DNA from: Selaginella moellendorffii
Lineage: Eukaryota > Plantae > Lycopodiophyta
DNA: 64,000 bases
Direction: 5' to 3'
NCBI RefSeq assembly: GCF_000143415.4
Contig: NW_003314353.1
Location: 701,236-765,235 of the forward strand
Shown here: in pieces, positions 48,732-60,881 of the stretch
Layout: each line of letters opens with the position of its first letter
Position numbering within the stretch: position 1 is the stretch's first letter
Notes under the pieces: generated by a model
Told to the model about the DNA's origin: nothing
Database searches by the model: none
The model's input: the letters and a program-made list of their open reading frames with translations, nothing else
Position numbers and translations under genes: made by a program

Positions 48732-50429
48732 TGTAGCACAATGAATTTGGAGCTGAACTCCAAGCTCATTGTGCTACGAAACAAGGGTCCGGTATAATCC
48801 CACGAACACCAACTCCTTGTATCTAGCATTTGCATGCAAAATGGTGTTAGATGGTGTTTGACATAATTTTGGCATACCGGTGGCCTAACGCAAGGAGGAG
48901 GGTACCTCACCGACTAAAGCAGCATAGAGCTTAGGCTTAAACCCAAGCCAAATGTAAAACAAAGAGTGACACAGTCCAGCGGAAGCCAAATTAATGTCTT
49001 AGGTGGTCAAATATGCATTCCAACTACTATCCCTATTATACATTTGGAACCCCATATAACCCCCCCCCCCGTTGAGGAACACACGTTTTGGGCTTTCACC
49101 CCAAGCCTCCCTTAGTATCAAGAGTTAGTCTCTGGGACAAACTCAAAATTTACTAAATATGGAATGTTCTTATATTGCAAATTTGGACACGGGATGAACA
49201 CCATTGTATTCAAGCCAATCTCTACATTTTGTAGATATGCCAAATTAGCAATTCTAGACACTTTTCGTAATTAGCCAATAAAACGAAACGAGACAAATAC
49301 AAAGGGCATGATAGTGAGGGTGTTTGGCAAATATAGTAAGCTATCATTTAGTGAAAATTGAGAGACTAATCTCAATATCGCAAGGGTTCTTGATACTAGC
49401 AAGTGCAAGCCAATGACACGAGTTTCTCAAACCAGATCAAGTATGTTCAGCAAGAAACACATAAGGTTTCTACCTTATGTTTATCCAATTTAAGTGCAAG
49501 GTCATTGACCAGTTTCTCAACTAGCTCAAGTGGGAACGATAAAGGGAACCAACTGTACCAACCTTTTATTGTCATGGCAATAAAGAAAGAGTGCCCATAA
49601 GAGAATCGTCTCGACCTCATATTCCATGTCACCATTCACAACTTCTAGACAGGGATGAATGTCCATAGAGCGATCTACATCAACACGATATGGTGTCAGT
49701 AAACTGACATGAAACATATCATGTATATGGAACAACTCATTCTAAACATCCAACCTATAGGATATATCACCAGCTCGTGCCAATACCCAATAGGGCCTAA
49801 CATATCTCGGTAACAGTTTTTGAAGTAAAGATCCCTTAACATTTAAGTTCCGGGAAGATAACCACACTTGATCTCCCACTTGATAGGATACATCCTGATG
49901 ATGTTGATACATATCCTGAGCTTTGCCCATCGCCTTAGTAGCTCTAGACTAACCTTGGCGTAGCTACTCTATATAAGTTTCAATGGTTGGGACCAACACT
50001 TTGGACATTGGTTTTGGTACAACAATTAGTTGAGGAACCCACAAGCATTCCCTTGCAGCATTTCCCATGGAGAATAACCAATAGTGCTATAAAATGTGTT
50101 GTTATAACAAATTTCTGTTGTGTCCAAATGCTCAACCCAATCGCGTTGGTCTGCCATGACATTGTACCACAGATAATCCTCAACTTGAGAATTCACATGT
50201 TCAGTCTGCAGATGATAAGCCGTACTAAACTTCAACTTGGTACTGAACAACTGGAATAGCGCGCCCCAAAACTTCCCCGTAAATCCTGAATCTTTATCTG
50301 AGATCATCTCTTCGGGAAGACCACAAACCCATACTACTTCATGGAAAAAGAGCTTTGTTGCTTACTTCGCATTAACTGTGTTCACAGTTTGAATGAAATG
50401 GTGCATCTTTGACAACTGAATCCAGAACC

Positions 50430-50529
50430 NNNNNNNNNNNNNNNNNNNNNNNNNNNNNNNNNNNNNNNNNNNNNNNNNNNNNNNNNNNNNNNNNNNNNNN
50501 NNNNNNNNNNNNNNNNNNNNNNNNNNNNN
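50430..50529. other. Assembly gap (100 N)
   Basis: Run of N. Confidence 1.
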
Positions 50530-52097
50530 CCGACAAATAGAAGACTTGGAAGCAGTGACAAAATCAAGTGTCACACTTTGAAATGGCTATGTTAGTGCTA
50601 GAATGCACTACAACTTTCCAGCCTACTTCTCAATTTTGCACTTACATTGTTGGCATATAGGGCAGGAATGGACATAGTCCATTACATCATCTTCCATACC
50701 AAACCAAAAAAATCCCTTTTTCAATGAAGCAAAAGTCTTGTGTTTTCCACCATGTCCTGCTGCTAGAACATCATGATGTTTCCATAGAAACAACTGTTGT
50801 AGATCTTTAGAGGGAAGATACAATCTTTTTTGCTTATAGAATATAAGCCCATCATGAATTGAGAAGTGAAGCTTCGCATTGGTTTGACTAGCAACTTTCG
50901 CTACTTCGCTACCAGGGTTCTGCTTCGATAGCTCTACACGGTGCAAGATTGCCTTCGCCAATAGATCACTTCTATAAGAATCCCAAACGTTCTCCAACCA
51001 GTCCAACCTGATTGAGCCTAACAACTCAATGGATCTGGAACAACATTGTCTTTACCAGGTTTATAAATGATATCAATATCAAATTTAGCAAACTTCTCTT
51101 GCCAACGAGCCTGCTTTGGCGTAAACTTTGGTTGCGTAGCAAAATACTCAGTATGTTACTATCTATATAAACCTTGGTATGTCCAATGTGCTAATGTCGA
51201 CACTATAGCAAACATCTCTTTCTTATGCATTGGCTATTTGCATTGGGTTTCATCCAATTTTTTATAGTAAAATGCAATGGGACAACCATATCGCCTTAGT
51301 GTAACACTAATTGCTTTGTCACAATCTTGTTGTAACACAGCACCAATAGTATAACCAGATGCATCACAATGCACTTCAAAGGGTTTATTAGGATTTGGGA
51401 TCTTGAGAATAGGAACTGTAGTCAAGATCTCCTTCAACAGTACAAAAGCACGCTAATAAGTTGGTGTCCAATGAAATAGTATATTACTCTTTATTAACTC
51501 AGTCAAGGAAAGAGCAATTCTTGCAAAATTGCGGACAAACTTGCAATAATATCCTGCCAAACATAGAAAGGGACGAACATCTAATACAGTGATCGGGACT
51601 TCCTAAAACTTCACCACTTTGGATCCACCTTAATTACGCCACCACCAATTATATGATTAAGAAAGTTTACGCACAATTGTCCAAAAGCACATTTACTTTC
51701 CTTAGCATACAATTTGTGTTCAAGCAACTTCTGAAACACCAGCTCCAAGTGTTTCAAATGATCCTCCAACGTTTCACTAAAGACTTCGTTGATATATAGG
51801 ACAACAAATATGTCCAAATAATTTCTGAATATTCTATCCATCATAGTGCTGAACGTTGCTGGAGCATTGCATAACCCAAACAGCATAATAAGGAACTCAT
51901 AAAATCTATATCGAGTCTTAAAGGTTGTCTTCTCCACATCCTGATCTACCACCCGTATCTAATGATATCTAGACCACAAATCAAGCCACATAAAATACTT
52001 AGCCTTTAAGAGTTGGTCAAACAAGTTATCGATGCGAGGCAAAGGATAACTATTTTTGACTGTGATCTTATTGAGTGCCCAATAGTCAATACATATC

Positions 52098-55000
52098 TAT
52101 CACGAATGTGAGTTCGGGTATCGAAAGTTACCTGTCGGTCAATCCTTATGGACACTCTTTCCTTATTGCCACAATGGTAGGAGGTTGGTATTACTAAACT
52201 TGTTATCAATTTCCCACTTAAGCTAGTTGAGAAACTGGTCAATGACTGTGTATTTAAATCAGATAAACATAAGGTAGGAACCTTATGTGTTTCTTGCTAA
52301 GCATACTCGGCCTAGTTTAGGAAACTCCTATCATTGGCTTGCACTTGCTAGTATCAAGAACCCCTGCGATATTGAGATTAGTCCCTCAATATTCGCTAAA
52401 TGATAGCTTACCATGTTTGCCAAACACCCTCGCTATCATGCCCTTTGTGTTAGTCTCATTTCGGTCCCAAATGCTATTTATGGAAAGTGTCTAGATTTGC
52501 TCATTTACCATATCTATGGAATGTAAAGATTGGCCTGAACACAATGGTGTTTGTCCCATGTCCAAATTCACAATCTAGCGCCATTCCATATTTAATAAAT
52601 TTCAAATTTATCATAGAGACTAACTCTTGATACTAAGGGAGGCTTGGGGTGAAAGCCCAAAGTGTGTGTTCCTCAAGGGGGGAGGCAAGGCGGTGGGGGG
52701 TTCCAAATGTATAGTAGGGATAGTGGGTAGGTCGGGCATGGCTGACCAACTTGAGGTATAGTCTAACTTCCACTTGTATGCCTGTCCTTGTTCTGCATCC
52801 AGCTTGTGTCTAAGCCCAAGTTCCATTCTATGCTAACTAGTGGAGTACCCATATCCTCATGTTAGACCACCGGTATGCCAAAATAGTGCCAGACTCCATT
52901 TGGCTCCATTTTGTATGCTGGTTTTGGCATTGGGATGTTGGTTGCTCTAGGACTATTCCAAGTTGCTCCGGGCTCCTATCCCTTTGCTCCTTGGGCTGTA
53001 TGCTCGAGAGTTGCTCCGTGGTCTGGTTCCGTCACTCTTTGGCTCCATGCTTAGGAGTTTGGCACCATTCCTTCGTTTAGTGGTCCAAGACCCTTGAACC
53101 TCGGATTTCACACCACTGTCTTATGGACACATGGCATGTGACACATGGCATCTGTCACGTGGCACAAAGAGGGTTTAGGTTCCGCTTCGTGATGTTATCC
53201 TATGGTAAATCACCATAGGATAAAGGGTAAAAACCACATGCGCTACATTTGGTATCAAAGAATGAGTCTCAGCAAGTACTATTCAATGAGATTAGGCAAC
53301 TAGTCTCATTGCATACGAGTGGATACACATTTAGGTGCAAAAGCTTCGCAATCATTCCTTGGGTATGGATTTGGTTACTTTGTTGTACCTTATGATGTGA
53401 GTTTGCTCTTGGGCTCATAAGATGGATTTGAGATGTTCTATTTGTACGAGTTTGCGCTTGGGCTCGTGAGTGAGGCACATTAGCAACTCAAGGTTTACAC
53501 TTTGAGTTGGCAGGATTAATGTTAGCCTATCAGTGGTTTTATGAGTTGTTCTAGTGGTTTTGTGAGTTGTTCCATGTACCATGAGTGAAAGTAAACTTTC
53601 CCTAGGTTTGCTATGAATGGCAAATAAGCTAGTCTGTAGTTGTTTAGCACAGTACTAGTGGATTTTTCATAGGCATGATTACAAGTGAATCAACTAAGAC
53701 TATAGGGATTAGTCTAGTGATTCAAGTAATCATTACCGTACTCTCTCATAAACTTTTCTTGGATTGGACTGAAGGCAGTGCGAAAGCAAGCTTGAGGTTT
53801 GGTCAAAGATGAGTCCAAAAAGAGAGTCGTCGGGGACGAAGGATTAAACATGTAAATCATCTTCCCTTCTTGGAAAGAAGATTTGCAACGAGGTGTTAAC
53901 TCATTGCTCGTGTTCACAATATACAATCAAGAGTCCCTACCTTGATGCATGTTGGAAATGATGGTCTTATAAGTGGTGAGTCATGGGATGAATAACAGTG
54001 AAGCACTAAATCATTTTGTTTAGGCTTGCTATTGAAAGATGTTAAGCGCCAGCTTTGACTACGTGGTCAACATTGGTCAAAGGGAGGCTCAAGGGTATAT
54101 TAAGGCATGTTAGGGTAAGGGACTTAACCTACCCTAGGGCTCATAGTGGAGCGGCGGCGTAGTGGAGCTTTTGAGGTAGCTCGGGGGTGGTTGGGTGGTG
54201 AGGAACCTCAAGAGGTGGCGTAGCATAGTCTAGGGCAACTAGATCTTTGTCTTTTTGCGCCGGATCATAACATTGGTATCAGAGGAGTTGGTTGCGATGG
54301 CCGACCAAGCTGAACACTGGAATCCTATTGTCGATGGTGGTGCTGACGATGGTGCCAACGAAGCTGCGGAGATTTGGACCATTCAAGATGTGGTTCATGA
54401 GCTGCGAGCCCTTAACCAAAATCAGCAAGAGATGCAAGACGAGATGCATGGCATGATGGATACCATGCGTGGGCGTGTTGAGGCACTCGAGGCTGGACGG
54501 GGTAACGCTCCAAGTAAGCCTTCTTTGGTAGATTGACTCAAAATTCCAACCTTTTCCGGTGATGGTAGTGTGGACGAGTGTCTCGCTTGGCTAGCCAATG
54601 TGAAGAAGTTCTTGGCTGCTAGAGGAACTCCAGATGCAGAGGCTTTAGTGGCTATTCCAATGGTTTTGCGTGATGCGGGTCTTTGATGGTGGAATTGGCT
54701 TGAGGAGTCCCGTGTTACAGATAAGAAACCACCAGTGTCTACCATGGATGAGTTTGAGGCTGCTTTCTGTTTACGTTTTGCCCCTCATTATGACGTGGAG
54801 AATGCTCGGTATAGAACTTTGCCATTTCCAGCAAGGGAAAATGACGCTTGGGGATTATATTGAGAAGCTTACTCGCTTGATTAGTCATGTTCCAACAAAG
54901 GATCCAGATCAAAACAAATCCTACTTCATTGATGGCCTACATAGTGAGAGCATGCAGCAACACTTGCGTCATTCTCAGCCTACAAAGAGTTTGGAGGAGC

Positions 55001-58000
55001 TCTTTGATGCGGCTCGTCGACTTGACAATGACAAGCACAAGTCTTGTAAGTGTTCGCGGAGTCCTTCTGTCGAGAATCATCGTGATGATCGCCGTGGATA
55101 CAAGGATGGGAACAAGCAAGACTTGGAGCGCATTGGTAAAGCGGCTTATTGGGTGCGGCTGCCAGCTGGGGTGAAAATTCATCCGGTATTTTATGTCAGC
55201 CAGTTGAAAGGTGTACTATCTCAGAGTGACGGGCCCAATGCCTCCTTGATGTATACGGCTGTGAAAGATGGACCAGGAGCTTGAGTAGGATTCCCCAGAA
55301 AAGGTGATCACCGGTACAACTCGTCCTTGGGACAAGGACTTTGTTGGGGGGGAAGAATTGTTAGGTGCCAACTTTGACTATGTGGTCAACGTCGGTCAAA
55401 GGGAGGCTCAAGGGTATATTAAGGCATGTTAGGGTAAGGGACTTAACCTACCCTAGGGCTCACAGTGGAGTGGTGGCGCAGTGGAGCTTTTGAGGTAGCT
55501 CGGGGGTGGTTGGGTGGTGAGGAACCTCAAGAGGTGGCGTAGTAGTCTAGGGCAACTAGATCTTTGTCTTTTTGTGCCGGATTATAACAAAAAACTTGGG
55601 TTGCAATGCTCAATTCTTTTCCAAAGAACCTTGTTATTGCTCCTTGAGTAGCTTGGTGTTGAATTAATGTTAAGTTTGGTCGGATAGAGAGCGGCATGAG
55701 CTTGTCCATGTTGTGAACAAAAGTTAGTATTGTTGGGTGTTGTAAATCTCTATCGGTGGAGTGTGGCATTTATATTACATTTTGTCGAATCGAGTTGACA
55801 CTTGATACTCACAAAACCTTTGAAGTAATGACATCGGCATTGTTCGTGGTGTTGCTTAATTGATGATCAAGTCATTGTGATTTCTTATATCATATCCATG
55901 TGATAATGAGCAATATGTTTACGAAGTTGCTTGGTTAAACGATAATTAACCCCAAAGTGGTTGATGGTGAAGTTTGTCTAGTTGCACATAATAACATTGT
56001 AGTAGCTTTAATTGGATTCTCGATAGTAGTCCATTATGCTAAACTTATGTTGGTACCTTGTTTTCTGGGGAGTTTGCCCATTAAAGTTTTGGAAAAGGTT
56101 ATAGCATTCACTTGTTATAGCTTGTTAGTTAATCCGTTAGCACTTAGAGTAGATTAAAAGATGTGAGGTTTGAAGCATTGACATCACTAGCACTTGTGTT
56201 AGCGGAAGTGGCATTGTTATTTCAAGTGATGAGGAATTTTCCTTAGACCTTGATTTTTCATGTCATTTTTCTTATTAGTGTTTTGGCTTCATATTGGATC
56301 TTGAAGGTGGTTGAAGAAGAGTGTTAGTGCAATGTGGGTATCCAAATATATGGTCTTCATAATCAAGCCTTGGATGTTCATTTTGCATTTTACGGATGTT
56401 GGTGTTGGATGTTGGAAAAATGGGAATGATGTGCGAAGCTTAAGCATACTATGAGTCTTAAGAATTTGTGTTAAGGTGAATTTATATGAAGTTGTAAGTA
56501 GGAGGAAGTTAGTTAAATCTTGAAAGTTTGCATTCCTAAACTAAGAGTCATTTTTTCTCTAAAATGGAAAACTTTCCACAATTTTTCTTAGACTTTTCCA
56601 ATGGCTAATCTATTGATCATTTTGCTCAAAAACCATTCCATTTTTGTAAGCCAATACAAACTAGTGAAAGGGTTAGAGTTAACTTTGGTTGGCTTAAACT
56701 TTAGTAAATAGTTTGTATGATGTGGCCCGAAAAGAATATTGACTTTTGGGAGTAAGGCAATTGAGCTGGATAGAGTCTAGAGTTGGTGTAAAAAAGTGGC
56801 CATTGCACTTTTCTAGGAAGGTGACTCTTATGCCTTTCTCTTAGTGTTATGCTTGGTGACAGGTTGCATGTTGCATTTCGCTAAGACTTTATGAGAGTAG
56901 TGAGCTCTCACTGATCTTGACTTAGTCTTGGTGGCCCTGCACCTTGGCTGAGGATAGTGATGTCCAACTTAGTTGTTTGAGGTTAAGATGTTGGTACCAT
57001 ACTATAACTTTGTCTATGAGGAGGTTGTGTACCGATATAAGTTCATCTCATGGTCTTCACTTTAGTTTCGGCTGAGTGTTGATCATGCATAGCTAGCCTC
57101 TTCAAAAGCATATTTAGAGTTATTAGCTAAATGTGTTAGTGAGTTTATCGCAATTGAGTTGGATTCGAGTGTTCATTTAGTTTATGCATGTCTATGAACC
57201 TTTATCTCATACTTGGGGTATTACGTTCATGTTAGACAAGTATATGACTTGATGGCAAGAGTTTAGTGTTTGGGTCTTGGGAAGGCAAGTTGAAAAATGA
57301 TTATTGGTTGCTTTGTGACTAGTGATTGCTTGTAGACTTTATTGAGGACTATTAACACTTGCTTCACTCGATGAAAATTTATCAGTGATAGGTTTACTTT
57401 ACCAGATGGTGTTGCGGAAGATCATGTCATTAGACTTACATGGTTTCTATGTTGGCATGTCAACTCTACCTTTGTCAATATCATTTAGTTGTGTTAGTCT
57501 GTGGTGTTGGATTTCATTGAGTCTTGGATGTGATGATTCACTCATTGATGAAGTGTTATCTATAATTGAGTGTTGTTGAAGGATTAGTCTCAAATATTGA
57601 GTAAAATATCTTCGACTTTGGTTAGCTTAGTTGCTAAAGTTTTGAGTGGTGATTCACTCTTGCTTTATTATGGTGTTAATGGCATTGTAGTGATGCCCTG
57701 TCATTAATATTATTGATGTTGAGATTTAAGTGAAATGAGATGTCTCTTTTTAATATTGATATTGAGTTTCATTAGTCTTGATGAAGATAATGTTGATGAT
57801 TTGGCTATGGCTTTGTGTAGTTAGCATTTGTGCATTTGCTAATTAGCAACTGCATTGACGTTCAAATGAACTGAGTGGCAAGTTTGAGTTACTTATGTTC
57901 CAGACGAGATTCTTTAGTAGGGGTTGAGCTTTGACTTTTCCTTGAAAAGTGATTTCATTGTGGACTATGCTAGCTTTATGAGAAGAAAAGTTAGTGATTG

Positions 58001-60881
58001 ATAATGGAATGTTTGAATATTTGTTAGGTTTGAATTAAGATATATCAATCATTGATGATTCTTCTTATGCTTGTTATGAAGTGAGTTACATCTTGCTATA
58101 GATGAATTCATGGAAGATCGGTTTAGTGATCATTTGTTGAGCATCACTTTGTTATGCTTAGCTTTTGAATTGATGCAGACATACTCTTTATTAGCTTTGG
58201 CATTATGAAGTTTAGCTTATGGATATGTTGAAAAGGATATTATGAGTTGTGCCATAATTTCTTCTTTAGCATTGAAATTAGTTCATGCAAAACTTGTGAT
58301 CATTATTCAGCAAAACTTGGCTATAAACTTCTTCAAGCTTTTGGTTCTTTGGGTTTTCATACTCATTGTTCCATTTGTTAGAAGTTGTTAGGGGAAGGCA
58401 TTTTGGCTCATTAGCTTTGATGAAGTTAGTTGTTACATTTAGCAATCATTGGTGATGATTAACTATCATCTAGGATAATTGATTGTCCTTATCAAAAGGT
58501 TTTGTTTGATTATTGTTGGTATAAGATGATTTGCCATTCTTCAGAATGGTGGATTTCTCCTTCAATAATGATTATGCATCTCTTTATTGATGGGATGATT
58601 GATAGTTTCTTTTATATAGTTAGTTATTCTCTTTAATGGCTTATGGCTTTTTGCAATACCACATGTTTTTTTTTTTATGGTTTGCTCTAGATTGGTCTCT
58701 TGGGTTTGAGACATCAGTAGGATGTTACTGACACTTGCTTAGGTAACTTGAGTTCTTTGGTGTTGTTGGCTGGGATTTATTCGAATTGGCTAGTGTGATA
58801 GTTGGTATGAATGAGTGTTTGTTGGTCTTGCCACATTCATTCTGTTCTATTGATTATTGCTCGAGTTAGTTTTGATATATTAGAATGTTATTTCCTTCAC
58901 ATTCACGAGCATCTTATTTGCCTATCAATAATACTTTGTGTTCTTTGAGTTGTCTTTCGTAAGTTATTTGACATACTATCTACAATCTTTAGTAGTTAAG
59001 CATTATCCTTGAGTTTTCTATGATACACTTGCCATTGAATTTTGTTGAATGGTGAATCCTATGTTTTCCAAACATGATAATCTTAGTGGTTTCTATACTA
59101 TAATATTAGTTTATCAGATGATAACTTACTTGGAATACATTTGTGTTCTAAACTAAGCTTTATTCATTTGATAATCAAGCTTCTAAAATATCATTGTCTA
59201 TGCCTTTGATATTGTCCATCTATTGATCTTTAAATTTGGGCCAATATAAGCAGATTAGCTTTGGCACTTCATGTGTATGGTGAAATTTTTAGTCATGGGG
59301 TAGCTACTGTCGACTGATCACATAACCTGCCTCTCTGTCAATGTTCTTTATTCTGTTAAAAGGGTGTGACCGTGTAAACAACTCTCACTGCCTATTTACA
59401 ATAGTCTATCTAAACCTTACCGACGGGTTTAGTTTCTTTGCTCATGAGGGTTGGGGCCTCTGGCTTCTCTCTCTATATCCCTACAAATAGGGGTGTATCA
59501 CACTTTTGTAAGCTAGGTGACATATAGAGTAGCAAGGGTGGCTAACTCCGTTGGTCATTTCCTTGTCAGCGACGACCGGAAGGTGTCTAAGCTGGTAGCA
59601 CATCCGCATTAGACAAAGAGGTTGCCTCCTAACTCATTTAAGTCGGTGTATTTCTCATATACTGTGATCACCGTGAACTTTTTCTGGAGTTGTTTCCTTG
59701 GCGGTGGTATAGACTCGAGTATGCATCGACGAGGACATCGATCTTCCCTAAGGGGGGAGAGTGTCGCGAATGTGACTTCGGGTATCAAAAGTTACCTGTC
59801 GGCCAGTCCTTACAGACACTCTTTCCTTACTGCCACGATCGCAGGAGGTTAGTATTACTGGACCTGTTATCAGTTTCCCACTTGAGCTAGTTGAGAAATT
59901 GATCAATGACTGTGTACTTAAATCGGATAAACATAAGGTAGGAACCCTATGTGTTTCTTGCTGAGCATACTCGGCCTAGTTTGAGAAACTCCTGTTATTG
60001 GCTTGCACTTGCTAGTATCAAGAACCCTCATGATATTGAGATTAGTCCCTCAATATTCGTTAAATGATAGCTTACCGTGTCTGCCAAACACCCTCGCTAT
60101 CATACCTTTTGTGTTAGTCTCATTTTGGTCCCAAATACTATTTATGGAAAGTGTTTAGATTTGTTCATTTGGCATATCTACGGAATGTAGAGATTGGCTT
60201 GAACACAATGGTGTTTGTCCCATGTCCAAATTCGCAATCTAGCACCATTCCATATTTAGTAAGTTTCAAGTTTGTCCCAGAGACTAACTCCTGATACTAA
60301 AGGAGGCTTGGGGTGAAAGCCCAAAGTGTGTGTTCCTCAAGGGGGGAGGCGGGGTTGTGGGGGGTTTCAAATGTATAGTAGGGATAGTGGGTAAGTCGGG
60401 CATGGCTGACCAACCTGAGGTATAGTCTAGTTTCCACTTGTGTGCCTGTCCTTGTTTTGCGTCCGGCTTGTGTCTAAGCCCAAGTTCCATTCCATGTTAG
60501 CTGGTGGAGTACCTATATCCTCATGTTAGGCCACCAGTATGCTGAAATAGTGCCAAACTCCGTTTGGCTTCGTTTTGCGTGTTGGTTATGGCATTGGGAT
60601 GCTAGTTGCTCCAGGATTGATCCAAGTCACTCCGGGCTCCTGTCCCCTCGGTCCTTGGGCTGTATGCTCAAGAGTTGCTCTGTGGTCCAGTTCCATCACT
60701 CCTTGGCTCCATGTTTGGGAGTTTGGCACCGTTCCTTCGTTCAATGGTCCAAGGCCCCTGATACTGTCCTATGGACACATGGCATGTGACACATGGTAGA
60801 AAGAGGGTTTAGGTTCCACTTTGTGGTGTTATCCTATGATAAATCACCATAAGATAAAAGGTAAAAACCACATGCACTACA
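52098..60881 (+). mobile_element. Non-autonomous LARD-like LTR element (family C) inserted in the RT of family D
   Basis: LTRs at 52098-53247 and 59762-60881, PBS tttggtatcaaag, PPT aggggggagag, TSD ATATC/ACATC. The flanks rejoin as KDGTIRM|CIDY. No gag-pol is recognisable inside. Confidence 0.85.
54040..55589 (+). mobile_element. Small non-autonomous GAG-only LTR element (TR-GAG-like)
   Basis: LTRs at 54040-54272 and 55359-55589, PBS ttggtatcagag, PPT gggggggaagaat, TSD AAAGA/AAAAA. A decayed gag from about 54297 runs into an integrase C-terminal scrap (LERIGKAAYWVRLPAGVKIHPVFYVSQLK). Confidence 0.88.

Noticed and set aside
51288-51325. 36-bp insert in the family D RNase H as another intron
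   Set aside because: No GT-AG ends. It contains gttacactaaggc, also found in family E LTRs, so it is more likely filler DNA.
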